A DNA stretch of 51,167 bases from an archaeon. Lineage in GTDB: Archaea; Iainarchaeota; Iainarchaeia; Iainarchaeales; 0-14-0-20-34-12. The position numbers and the translations under genes were made by a program. Below the pieces are notes generated by a model. The model saw nothing but the letters and a program-made list of their open reading frames with translations. It was not told where the DNA came from and made no database searches. The stretch lies in contig JBBSVU010000006.1 of the NCBI GenBank assembly GCA_038046645.1, positions 87,414 to 138,580 on the forward strand, read 5' to 3'. Shown here piece by piece: positions 17,360 to 26,202 of the stretch (positions are counted from its first letter, which is position 1; each line of letters opens with the position of its first letter).

Positions 17360-18418
17360 TTATTGAGAAGGATGAAGTGTTCTATATGTAATGGTATCCA
17401 AGATATCATTCGAATTTAATAAAAATCCAACATATCTCTCAAATCCAATTCCATACCCTCCCCTTAAAAGTGGTTTTTCCTGTTCAAATAATCTAAAATA
17501 TTCCTTAAAAGGGGTTAAAACATCCTGCCCTTTCTTTTGTAGAAATTCAGCAATTTTTGAGTTTCTCAATTGCTGTTTTATTCTATTACCATTCTCTTCC
17601 CTTATGGCCCCACCTATAGTTTCCCCTAACTTTGGCATTAGTAAATCAACACTATAAACTCTTTTACCATCAGCTGTTCTTTTCATATTGAAGAATTTAA
17701 GTTCAGTAGGGAAGTAAGTAACAAAAGTAGGCACATTGTTAAATTCGTTTAGAATTTGTCTTTCCTCTGCTACACCAAAATCATCCCCAAAAGCATACTT
17801 TGTTTTAGTTCTGTTTAATAGTTTAATAGCATCATCATAGCCAATTTTCACAAATCGAGTCTTGGTTATTTTCTTTAAATAATTAATATTTCCTCCAAGT
17901 AATTTTAATTGTTTAGGGCATTTATTCAGAACTTTTTTAGTTACCTGTTTGATCACTTCTTCTTCCTCTTTAATTATTTTATCTAGTGCTTTTTCAGGAG
18001 ATATGCCTTCATAGGGCCTTTCTGGTTCAATAAGTGTAAATTCAGATAATCGTCTTCCTTTGGCTTCTGGATCATCATAATTTTCTTCCCTGAAGCTGTT
18101 ATTTACTGTAAAAACCCCACGCTTTAATCTTATTACCAATGCTTCTAATTGAAGTTGTGCGCTTTGTGATAAATGTGCTTCTCGTCCATAATAATTTAGT
18201 GTGAATGAAGCATAGGGGTTTTCACAGGAACCAGCAATGTTTACCAAAGATGAAGTTGTTACTTGAGTATATCCTTTATTTGCTAAACTGTTACAAAATT
18301 CACCTAATGCAATTCCCCTAATATCTAATAGGGCATTAAATTTCTCTTTACTGAATTTTCCCAAACCCGTGGCAATCATATCAGAGTCAGTCATTATTTT
18401 TCCCATTAATATATTCAT
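17360..18418 (-). CDS. AsnRS/AspRS-like catalytic core without anticodon-binding domain (asparagine synthetase A-like paralog)
   Basis: LSQSAQL, motif 2 FREE...RRLSEFTLIE, YFP-x3-KFFNM, GETIGGAIRE, motif 3 GYGIGFER. No N-terminal OB domain. Confidence 0.8.
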   Translation of the reverse strand: MNILMGKIMTDSDMIATGLGKFSKEKFNALLDIRGIALGEFCNSLANKGYTQVTTSSLVNIAGSCENPYASFTLNYYGREAHLSQSAQLQLEALVIRLKRGVFTVNNSFREENYDDPEAKGRRLSEFTLIEPERPYEGISPEKALDKIIKEEEEVIKQVTKKVLNKCPKQLKLLGGNINYLKKITKTRFVKIGYDDAIKLLNRTKTKYAFGDDFGVAEERQILNEFNNVPTFVTYFPTELKFFNMKRTADGKRVYSVDLLMPKLGETIGGAIREENGNRIKQQLRNSKIAEFLQKKGQDVLTPFKEYFRLFEQEKPLLRGGYGIGFERYVGFLLNSNDILDTITYRTLHPSQ

Positions 18419-18990
18419 TTTTCCTTAAATAATGTTTTTGTTCCATCCAAATCTTCCTTATTCCTCATTTCTTCCTTGCAGTTAGCACCACTTACAATAC
18501 TATATTCACAACCTAATTTTTCACAAATTTTTATTATTGCAGCATATTTTTGCATTATTGCTGCCTTGTTGTATGCATTTGAATTGAGTATTGCGGAAAT
18601 AGGCAATAAAATTTGAATCCCATTTATTTTGGCATTCATTATTGTTTCTTTATCTATTATCATCTGCGGATTTTTGTCAAATTGCAGCAGAATAAAATCA
18701 AATTTTTTGTTGCTTGCGGCAAAGCTGACATTTTTTAATGAATCACCAAGCATGCAAACAAAATCAGCAGCATTCCTGTAGCTTTCAAGTTCTTTGCCCT
18801 CTGTTTTTTCCATCAAATGGCAGATTTTTATTTCAAAATCAGGTTTCAATGAATTAATTTTCTCTCTTAATCTCTTGATATCATCTTTCGAAGAAAAAGA
18901 TTTTGCAATTATTATGTGTTTTAATTCTAATCTATTTGCTTGCCCAGAAATCTCTTGCAGATTGTCAAATAGAATTAAATCTGATTCCAT
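18415..18990 (-). CDS. RNase P protein subunit Rpp30-like
   Basis: Divergent PHP/TIM-like protein with C-terminal IVSGA-x4-EMR typical of Rpp30. Confidence 0.65.
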   Translation of the reverse strand: MESDLILFDNLQEISGQANRLELKHIIIAKSFSSKDDIKRLREKINSLKPDFEIKICHLMEKTEGKELESYRNAADFVCMLGDSLKNVSFAASNKKFDFILLQFDKNPQMIIDKETIMNAKINGIQILLPISAILNSNAYNKAAIMQKYAAIIKICEKLGCEYSIVSGANCKEEMRNKEDLDGTKTLFKEK

Positions 18991-19042
18991 ATTGCAAATA
19001 GCTAGCTAGGCTATTAAAAATGTTATAAATGCTGCTTTTTTA

Positions 19043-19510
19043 TTATTTGCCTTTTTTCTTAGCCCTTCCTTCTAAATCTGTTGCCTTAATCTTAAAACTA
19101 ATCGCCGCAACACCACCTAAATTAACCCTTTCAAATAATTGTGGTTTTTCTAACCTTGCATATACTGCATTTGCCCTATTCATTGGATTTGCTTTTCTGT
19201 AGTGAGTCACCAGTATGTTTGCTTTATTGCCAGAAATATTTGTAACTCTGCCCAAATCATCTCCGACAAGGACTATGCTGCCTTTTACTGCTATGTCCCA
19301 TTTTCCAATTTCAATCTCATTGAGTTGTATCATTTCTCTTTTAAGAATTTCAGCTAAAGCCCCTTTCCGTAATGGCTTTTCTTTTGTAACTTTTTTATCT
19401 ATAGCACCAAATCTACCATATGCCCTATCCCATCTTTTTAGTAATCCTGTTCCTTTAGGAGTAATAAATGTTCTAACCGTACTTTTCATTGGCCTATGCC
19501 TTAGTCTCAT
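19043..19510 (-). CDS. Highly basic hypothetical protein
   Basis: Start moved to ATG 19510 (GGAGATGG SD) because the longer ORF overlaps tRNA-Val. 155 aa, K/R-rich ends. Confidence 0.65.
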   Translation of the reverse strand: MRLRHRPMKSTVRTFITPKGTGLLKRWDRAYGRFGAIDKKVTKEKPLRKGALAEILKREMIQLNEIEIGKWDIAVKGSIVLVGDDLGRVTNISGNKANILVTHYRKANPMNRANAVYARLEKPQLFERVNLGGVAAISFKIKATDLEGRAKKKGK

Positions 19511-19528
19511 ATATCCATCTCCAATGTT

Positions 19529-19599
19529 TGGGCCCACCCGGAGTCGAACCGAGCTCATCGCTACGTCAAAGCGATATCGTGCCGATGGACCATGAGCCC
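19529..19599 (-). tRNA. tRNA-Val(GAC)
   Basis: GGGCTCA/TGGGCCC acceptor stem, TCGCT-TTGACGT-AGCGA anticodon arm, TTCGACT T-loop; CCA not encoded. Confidence 0.93.
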
Positions 19600-19603
19600 C
19601 GCC

Positions 19604-19656
19604 TTCTCTTTCTTTTAGAAAAAGAAAGAGAATCTAGGTTGCCAAGAGAAAGAAAA
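19604..19656 (+). repeat. Inverted+mirror purine/pyrimidine (potential intrastrand triplex) element, copy A
   Basis: TTCTCTTTCTTTT / AAAAGAAAGAGAA / linker TCTAGGTTGCC / AAGAGAAAGAAAA. Confidence 0.8.
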
Positions 19657-19718
19657 CTAACTTTGGCAATATGATATTATTTTAGGCATCAGATTTAAAT
19701 AGGAAATTGTGTCAGAGT

Positions 19719-20687
19719 TTACTTCTTTATTCTAGCCAATTTCTCACAAACCTTGCAAATGTTCGTGCTTGCGGGTTCTCCGCATTGTTTGCATTGTTTC
19801 AATTTGAATTCAGAATAAACATCTTTTTGCAACATTCCCTTAATCCTTTCAAAAAAATTTATTGTGGAATATTTTGTTCCAGGATATGCTTTTTCCAACC
19901 TGTTTACTGTTTCCCTGTATTCATTCCTTTTTGCCTCATGGCTCAAAGGGCAGCATTCCCCCCCATAATATTTTATCCCAGCAAAGTTAGCAAATGCAAA
20001 CACTTCATTTTCAGGAATCTCATATAATGGCTTTACCCTAGGGATAAATTTTTCTGATTTGATAAATCCTGATTTTGCCCCTAACCTGATAAATAATTCT
20101 GGCTTATTATCACAAACATTCATCAATATGCTTTGGCATTCATCATCAAGGTTATGCCCAGTAACTAATTTGTCTGCCTTAATAGTTCTGGCATATTTGT
20201 TCATCAATTGCCTTCGCATAATTCCGCAGAAAGAGCAGGGATTTCCAATTGAAGAATCTTTCATTATTTTCTTTTGGATTTTTCCCATTGAAATGCCATA
20301 TTCCTCTTCAAATTTAATTACCTTATAATCAATGTTCCATACTTTGCAATTCTTTTTTGCAAATTCAATTGATTTATTCCTGTATCCTTTTATCCCCTCA
20401 TCAATCAACAGTGCTTTAATTTCACAGCTGTTTGAGAATATTTTATTTATCAAATATGCAGCTACTGAAGAATCCTTGCCGCCAGACATTGCCAATAAAA
20501 TCTTTTCTTTTGGCTTGATAAGTGAATATTTCCTTATGGTTTTCTTTACCCTTTTTTCAATAAGGTAAATAAAATGCATTTTGCAATAATGCTGCGGGCC
20601 GTAAAGAAGGCTTATTTCTGCCTTTTTTCCGCAGATTTCGCATTTTTTGCCTTCAATTACATTCCAATCTGTGGGTTTACAGCGCAT
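19719..20687 (-). CDS. tRNA 2-thiolation protein NcsA/TtuA (TIGR00269-like)
   Basis: N-terminal CxxC...CxxH, PP-loop SGGKDS, CSFC, TGHNLDD, C-terminal CxxC-x8-CxxC. Probable start ATG 20687. Confidence 0.9.
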   Translation of the reverse strand: MRCKPTDWNVIEGKKCEICGKKAEISLLYGPQHYCKMHFIYLIEKRVKKTIRKYSLIKPKEKILLAMSGGKDSSVAAYLINKIFSNSCEIKALLIDEGIKGYRNKSIEFAKKNCKVWNIDYKVIKFEEEYGISMGKIQKKIMKDSSIGNPCSFCGIMRRQLMNKYARTIKADKLVTGHNLDDECQSILMNVCDNKPELFIRLGAKSGFIKSEKFIPRVKPLYEIPENEVFAFANFAGIKYYGGECCPLSHEAKRNEYRETVNRLEKAYPGTKYSTINFFERIKGMLQKDVYSEFKLKQCKQCGEPASTNICKVCEKLARIKK

Positions 20688-20873
20688 AAAGAAACCTTTT
20701 AAAATACTGCACATGAGTATTTACTATTATAATAAAGGATATAAATATAAAAACAAAATGTAGTCCTTTACTATTTAGCAGAAGATAATAAAGTTTCAAA
20801 CTCAAAGTCTTTTGCTATAATATAAAGGTTAATTAAACACTATTTTGTTTATGTTTTTAATTGAGGGATTATT

Positions 20874-21473
20874 ATGAACGGATATAAGCACATCCAGGAG
20901 ACCTTGCAAAAGGAATATAGTGGGGCAAAAGAAGCTGGAATAGATTACAAAAAAATTATGAGGGATAAGTTATTCCAGTTTAGAAATCAGGAAGAATCTA
21001 TTACCAAAGTTGATAAACCAAGCAATATTCCAAGGGCAAGATCCTTGGGGTATAAGGCAAAGAATGGAGTAGTAGTTGTTAGGGCAAAGGTAAGAAAAGG
21101 TTCAGGAAAAATGCCTAGGCCAAGGGCTGCAAGAAGGCCCAAAAGAATGGGTACTAAAAAAAGAACAAGGGGAAAAAGCATACAAAGGATTGCAGAAGAA
21201 AGGGCAGCTAGAAAATACCCTAATTGTGAAGTTTTGAATAGTTATTTTGTTGGGCAGGATGGCAAGTGCAAATACTTTGAAATTATTTTAATTGATAGGG
21301 ATAATCCTGAGATGAGAGCAGATAAGGATTTAAGTTGGATTTGCGATAAAAGAGGTCGGGCTTTTAGAGGATTAACCTCTGCGGGAAAGAAAGGCCGGGG
21401 ATTAATGTACAAAGGAAAAGGCACAGAACAAGTAAGGCCTTCAGTAAATGCAAGTCACGGACACAGCAAATAA
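20874..21473 (+). CDS. rpl15e: 50S ribosomal protein L15e
   Basis: RARSLGYKAK, RRPKRMG, AEERAARKYPNCEVLNSY, RAFRGLTSAGKKGRGL. Confidence 0.97.
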   Translation: MNGYKHIQETLQKEYSGAKEAGIDYKKIMRDKLFQFRNQEESITKVDKPSNIPRARSLGYKAKNGVVVVRAKVRKGSGKMPRPRAARRPKRMGTKKRTRGKSIQRIAEERAARKYPNCEVLNSYFVGQDGKCKYFEIILIDRDNPEMRADKDLSWICDKRGRAFRGLTSAGKKGRGLMYKGKGTEQVRPSVNASHGHSK

Positions 21474-21535
21474 TTGCTGCTGTCTTTTTCTATTTTTAAT
21501 TATTTCATAATCAATTAGCTAATTGTTATTTCTTT

Positions 21536-22012
21536 TTATTTGCCCCTAGGTCTATTAATTCTAGGTTTTTTGGGTTTTGGTTTTGAAGCAAATTGCACAA
21601 AAGTCCCAAAAGGCAGTTCTTCAGTACGGGTTCTTTTTTTAATTTTTCTCATAACCGCCCTTAAAACTGGTTCAGCCCCATACGTAATGATCTGGTGATA
21701 TCCTAATTTAGCTGCGTGTTTTGTTAATTCTTTAATCAGCCCAAACATTATGCCGCGTTTTCTATGCTCTTCCCTTGTAAAATATCTTTTGCCCCTGAGT
21801 TCTTTCAAACCTTCATTTCTTTCAAATTCAATATACCCAATTGCTTTCCCCTTTTCAATAGCCAGCAAAAAAGATACCTGTGAAAGCCAGGGCTTTAATC
21901 TTTCTTCAGTTAACTCATACCAATGGTCTTCTTTCAGAATGTCCACAGCCATTTTTAATGCTTCCGGATTTTTTCCGGCAGAATTAGCATCAAGCACAAA
22001 ATATTTTGCCAT
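21536..22012 (-). CDS. GNAT-family acetyltransferase with basic C-terminal tail
   Basis: IGYIEF...FTREEHRKRGIMFGLI (motif A); tail KPKPKKPRINRPRGK. Confidence 0.7.
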   Translation of the reverse strand: MAKYFVLDANSAGKNPEALKMAVDILKEDHWYELTEERLKPWLSQVSFLLAIEKGKAIGYIEFERNEGLKELRGKRYFTREEHRKRGIMFGLIKELTKHAAKLGYHQIITYGAEPVLRAVMRKIKKRTRTEELPFGTFVQFASKPKPKKPRINRPRGK

Positions 22013-22063
22013 ATTTATTATTCCCCCAGTTTGTTTAAAATATCCTTCCTTCTAATTCTCATT

Positions 22064-22456
22064 ATGCGTTATATTTTTTCCCAAGATTTTACTTCAAGGG
22101 CAAGGGATTTGGCAAAGGAATTGGGTTTCAACCATATTGATTTAGAAAGAATTTCCTGCATTGTGAGCAGGGGCTCAAAAACAAGGAGAACAATTGCAAG
22201 AATCCATTCCTTAGGAAAGGCATTGCAAGAAGGGATGCAGACCCAGCCATATTATGTAATTGAGCTAATCTCAGAAAAATTCAATTCCCTGCCAGAAGAT
22301 GAAAAAACCAAAATCCTTATTCACGAATTGATGCATATTCCGCATTCTTTTGGCGGTGGCTTTAGGCACCATAAGCCCTATGTCACAAGAATAGCAGTTG
22401 ATGAAGTTTATCGGAATTACACTAATAATAAAACAAATAAAATCAGCTTATTTTGA
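22064..22456 (+). CDS. Putative zinc metallopeptidase (HExxH)
   Basis: SRGSKT, ARIH, YVIELISEKF, IHELMHIP...GGFRHH. Probable start ATG 22064. Confidence 0.85.
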   Translation: MRYIFSQDFTSRARDLAKELGFNHIDLERISCIVSRGSKTRRTIARIHSLGKALQEGMQTQPYYVIELISEKFNSLPEDEKTKILIHELMHIPHSFGGGFRHHKPYVTRIAVDEVYRNYTNNKTNKISLF

Positions 22457-22492
22457 ATTTATTTTATCCATATGGCGTTTAATATGCAAATT

Positions 22493-23866
22493 CTAATTAG
22501 ATTCTTTCTTGCCCTTCTTTTCAACAAGCAAATCAACAGCAATTCCCATTTCTTTGGCAAAGTTTTTCTCAAATCTGCTTAATTCATCAATCTTATTGTC
22601 AATTAGTTTTCTTCTTGCACCATATTCCTTCAATATGCCCCCAGTTTTCTTGTTCAAATCCTCAATACTTTTGTTGAACTTCTCTACATTTCGGTCAATC
22701 GTGCTCACAAATTGCTTTTGGAATACTGAAAGGTTCTCCTGTGCATTCTTTATCTCTTCAATCCTTGCTTCTTTCCTTATGTCTGCGACAAATTTCTTTT
22801 TGTAATTTTCCAAGTTATCAAGTATTGCCTGCTCGATAGTTTCTTCCAAAACCATTTTGTATGTCTCAAGTTCCTGTTTATCGCCTTCAAGCTGCTTTAT
22901 CTTAGCAGTTATCTTATCCACATCAATCTTTGCCCTTACCTCTTCAATCCTTTTAATTTCAAGTGAAACAGCATCAGTCAATTCCTGCCGTTTTTCATTC
23001 TGTATCTCAACAATTTTCTTTTCAGTGCTGTTAACCAAGCCTTCAACTACCTCACTTTCCAAGGAGAGCGTTCTTTCTACTCTTTGGTCTAGTTCCTGCA
23101 GATGTGATTCTATTTTTCCAACAGCCTCTTCTACCTCGCTTTTTGATTTAATTAATTCAGTATTCATATCCGCTAATATCCTATCCTTTACCTGCATTAG
23201 TTCTATTTTTTTTCGTTCTACATCATCTAAAATTTCTTTATGTTCCTGTTGCTTTAATTTAAGTTCCTCAATATTCCTTTTGATTTCAGTATTAAGATTG
23301 CCCATTTCAGTTATTTTGGAATTTATGATATCTTCGATTTCCTCAGATTTCATCGATAACTGTGAATTTACCTTTTCAATGAGCAGTGTTTTCTGTGATT
23401 CTGATACAACTGCCATCTTTTTCCTTTCTGATTCCACTGCTGCACTTACCTTTTCATCAAGTGTCTTTTCAATATCCTTCTTCAGTTTTTTCATTTCCTC
23501 TAATTTATCAGTAACAGTTACCAAAACACCCTTTTCCCATAGCCCTGAAATAGCCGGTTCAACATCCTTTGCATATTTTTCAAAAGAAAAAGCAGGTTTT
23601 GCCTGAATTGGCTGCTCTATCTTAGGTTCAATTGCACTTAATTCCTTTTCAATTACCTTGCTTAGGTTTACATTTGTTTTAACAGGTTCTTTTTCAGCAA
23701 TCTCTTCTAATGCTGTTTTTTTGAAACCACCGGCTTTTTTTATTAATTCCTTGGCTTCTTCATTACTCACGCCAATATCCTTTAGGTTAAGGATTATTTC
23801 GTCCTCTGAAACATTTAAGTCAATCAGCTTCTTTATTGAAGTTAGCATCAATTTTTCTCTGTCCAT
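22493..23866 (-). CDS. Long coiled-coil protein of unknown function
   Basis: 457 aa, E/K/L-rich heptads after a small helical N-domain and a Pro-containing linker. Confidence 0.75.
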   Translation of the reverse strand: MDREKLMLTSIKKLIDLNVSEDEIILNLKDIGVSNEEAKELIKKAGGFKKTALEEIAEKEPVKTNVNLSKVIEKELSAIEPKIEQPIQAKPAFSFEKYAKDVEPAISGLWEKGVLVTVTDKLEEMKKLKKDIEKTLDEKVSAAVESERKKMAVVSESQKTLLIEKVNSQLSMKSEEIEDIINSKITEMGNLNTEIKRNIEELKLKQQEHKEILDDVERKKIELMQVKDRILADMNTELIKSKSEVEEAVGKIESHLQELDQRVERTLSLESEVVEGLVNSTEKKIVEIQNEKRQELTDAVSLEIKRIEEVRAKIDVDKITAKIKQLEGDKQELETYKMVLEETIEQAILDNLENYKKKFVADIRKEARIEEIKNAQENLSVFQKQFVSTIDRNVEKFNKSIEDLNKKTGGILKEYGARRKLIDNKIDELSRFEKNFAKEMGIAVDLLVEKKGKKESN

Positions 23867-23992
23867 TTCAATCAGCCAATATTATATTTAACCTAATTTA
23901 ATTTTAATAGTATTCTTCCCACGTCTGCTATTTGCAATAATATAAATTGGAGCTTCTAATAAATGTTTGTTTTTGCCAGAAATAGTATTATA

Positions 23993-24050
23993 TTCTTTTT
24001 CTTTTGATGCCTAGGAACTTTTATTTTTCTTCTTAAGAAAAAGAAAAGTT
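23993..24050 (-). repeat. Potential intrastrand triplex element, copy B
   Basis: Minus strand: AACTTTTCTTTTTCTT / AAGAAAAATAAAAGTT / CCTAGGCATC / AAAAGAAAAAGAA; 5 nt downstream of tRNA-Ala. Confidence 0.75.
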
Positions 24051-24055
24051 GCTAT

Positions 24056-24150
24056 TGGACTGGTCGGGATTCGAACCCGAGGCCTCCACAATCGTGTTGA
24101 AGTTAAACCCCATTGCCAATGTGGCGATCTACCAACTGATCTACCAGCCC
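24056..24150 (-). tRNA. tRNA-Ala(GGC) with 22-nt intron at position 37/38 (24092-24113)
   Basis: GGGCTGG/CCAGTCC acceptor stem with G3:U70, CCACA-TTGGCA^T-TGTGG anticodon arm, TTCGAAT T-loop; 73 nt after splicing. Confidence 0.92.
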
Positions 24151-24156
24151 TTTACC

Positions 24157-24176
24157 GTAAGCTAAGTATAGCTTAC
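24157..24176. promoter_or_regulatory. Palindrome GTAAGCTA-AGTA-TAGCTTAC just upstream of tRNA-Ala
   Basis: Perfect 8-bp inverted repeat; function inferred (operator, or terminator of the lsm transcript). Confidence 0.4.
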
Positions 24177-24214
24177 AATAATATTTGCAGAAAATAAAGG
24201 ATGTTTAATTTTCA

Positions 24215-24433
24215 TTAAACATTAATGAATACGATTGAATCTCCTCTTATGAGCATCTCGCTGTTCTTGCTCTTTACCTGTCCTTCCTCTAATTCTTCAG
24301 CTTCTCCTAAAACAATATTAAGATGCACATCAAATCCTTTTAATACACCTCTTACCTGTTTTCCTCCTTTTAGCTGAAGAAGGACATTCTGCCCTATCCT
24401 CTTTGTTAATACATCGAATGGTTTTACTGTCAT
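24215..24433 (-). CDS. Sm-like archaeal protein (Lsm/SmAP)
   Basis: KPFDVL, GVLKGFDVHLNIVL, LIRGDSIVFI. ATG 24433 follows a GTGAGG SD. Confidence 0.93.
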   Translation of the reverse strand: MTVKPFDVLTKRIGQNVLLQLKGGKQVRGVLKGFDVHLNIVLGEAEELEEGQVKSKNSEMLIRGDSIVFINV

Positions 24434-24462
24434 TTCCCTCACCCTTAAAAAATAAAAACAGT

Positions 24463-25242
24463 TTATTTTCTAAATATCACTCTTAGGATTCTCTTAATAA
24501 AGCTTTCTTTGTGCGTTTCAACACTAACTTCCCCACCTAGCAGTTTTATTGCAATGGTTTCAATTGCTTTTGATGCAGGGCAGTTAGGGCATCTTATTAC
24601 AACAGGAACGCCTTTTTTATCATAGAATGACCTTCGCACTTCTTGGTCATAGGGGATTACGCCATAACAGGGCAATTCCAAAGTTTGCATTATCTCTTCT
24701 TTTTCTAATTCCCCCTTTTCATTCCTTAGCATATTTATTATTACACCAATTGCATGCCCGCCCAATTTTTCCGTAATTATTTTTGTTTTCAAGCCATCAG
24801 CCAAGCTTGCTGGAGTAGCTTCTGTTATTAAAAGTACGGCATCAGAACTGGTTAAGGCTGATAATACTGCACGTTCAATCCCTGCAGCTGCATCAATCAG
24901 GATAAAATCATAATTTTCTTTTATTGTGGAAATTACAGATCTCAATCGTTCAGAATCTATCTTCCTGTAACTCTCCAAGCTTAAACCTGAAGGCAATATT
25001 TCAATGCCATTCGGCCCTTCATACAATGCATCCTGTATCGAGGTTTCACCCAATAAAACATCATGTAAGGTAATTGGGGATGTTTGCATCCCAAGAAGTA
25101 AGGATAGATTAGCCATCGCAATGTCTGCATCCACAAGCAGCACTTTCTTGCCCTGCCTTGCCAGGCAAATTCCTAAGTTAGCTGTAAGCGTAGTTTTCCC
25201 AGTTCCGCCTTTTCCAGAAGCAATTGTAATTACTTTACCCAT
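24463..25242 (-). CDS. minD: MinD/ParA-family ATPase (archaeal MinD)
   Basis: IASGKGGTGKTT, VDADIAMANL, IDAAAG, GVIPYD. Confidence 0.9.
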   Translation of the reverse strand: MGKVITIASGKGGTGKTTLTANLGICLARQGKKVLLVDADIAMANLSLLLGMQTSPITLHDVLLGETSIQDALYEGPNGIEILPSGLSLESYRKIDSERLRSVISTIKENYDFILIDAAAGIERAVLSALTSSDAVLLITEATPASLADGLKTKIITEKLGGHAIGVIINMLRNEKGELEKEEIMQTLELPCYGVIPYDQEVRRSFYDKKGVPVVIRCPNCPASKAIETIAIKLLGGEVSVETHKESFIKRILRVIFRK

Positions 25243-25294
25243 ATCCTTCAGTATCTATTATAAAACAAGATAATATAAATTTTAGTTTTTTTAA

Positions 25295-25783
25295 TTAACC
25301 CTTATCTATGCCTAATAGCCCCATTTTTTTCATTATATCATAACGTGATTTCTCATCTGATTCCTTTATCCCTTTTTCTGAATATTGGGTTGAATATGCC
25401 TTGGGGATTAATTTTGCTAAATCTTTTAATTGATATCCCTTTACTTTCATCACATCCTTAAAAGTAATAGTTAGTTCAACCTGCTGTTTTGAAAGTGAAT
25501 TTATATCAAGAACGCCGTATTTTGCCTTGAATGCATTTAATATTCGTACAAGAGCTTCCTCACCTTCAATGCTATGGTTTGAAGTATCATAAGAGAACAA
25601 GGCTCCAACAATAATTCCCTTTTGGAATAATAATAAGCCTTCTTCTATTCCAGCATAGCCGTAAATAGTAAGTACAATATACCCTGAAAATTCACTATCC
25701 ATAAAACTTTTGAATAATTCTTCAGGATTCACCTTATTTATATTAAGCCCTTCCTCAATCTTTTCTCCTGCTGGAAATTCCAT
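25295..25783 (-). CDS. DUF2226-like protein
   Basis: MEFPAG, FSGYIVLTI...EEGLLLF..G.IVGA, C-terminal SRYDIMKKMGL; upstream of minD. Confidence 0.7.
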   Translation of the reverse strand: MEFPAGEKIEEGLNINKVNPEELFKSFMDSEFSGYIVLTIYGYAGIEEGLLLFQKGIIVGALFSYDTSNHSIEGEEALVRILNAFKAKYGVLDINSLSKQQVELTITFKDVMKVKGYQLKDLAKLIPKAYSTQYSEKGIKESDEKSRYDIMKKMGLLGIDKG

Positions 25784-25852
25784 ATTATTATTAAACACCC
25801 CATCTATTTAAATTTGCTTTTTGGCAGCATAAGATAATAAAAGCGTGATTAA

Positions 25853-26131
25853 TTGCAATTAGATAATTTTATCTCAAAGCTATGCAGGGGAGGGGACAGT
25901 TTTGAATTCCTACCAAAAACTAAAGTATCATTAAACCTTGCAGAACTTTCAAAAAAACTTTCTGAAAACGGCTTTGGCATAAAGGCAGAAACTAAATTAG
26001 TAATATTAGTAAATTATTCGGGCACAAACATAAGCATCTTCCAGGATGGCAAAATCCTTGTTAAAGAAGTAAAGGAAGAATCCAAAGCAAGGGAATTAGC
26101 CTTGCTTATCCTTGCTAGAATTAATGCCTGA
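25853..26131 (+). CDS. Small protein resembling the C-terminal accessory domain of some ThiF/MoeB proteins
   Basis: LCRGG, LNLAELSKKL, ISIFQDGKILVK, A-x-ELA; TTG start. Confidence 0.55.
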   Translation: MQLDNFISKLCRGGDSFEFLPKTKVSLNLAELSKKLSENGFGIKAETKLVILVNYSGTNISIFQDGKILVKEVKEESKARELALLILARINA

Positions 26132-26202
26132 ACCCTCTTCAAAAGGTTTAAATAGTTTGAAAGCCTATTTTTCTCAACAAACAACCGTTTGGAGGTGTTG
26201 GT

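Noticed and set aside
19489..19674. Short ORFs over tRNA-Val, including the 5' extension of 19043..19558
   Set aside because: They overlap a well-formed tRNA and the triplex repeat.
20776..20817. Imperfect inverted repeat upstream of rpl15e (TAGCAGAAGA...TCTTTTGCTA)
   Set aside because: Low-complexity AT-rich context; insufficient support for a leader RNA.
22509..23891. Long plus-strand ORFs rich in Ser/Phe/Ile (also 2742-3512, 31279-31881, 42675-43445)
   Set aside because: Antisense shadows of Lys/Glu-rich genes; no independent motifs.
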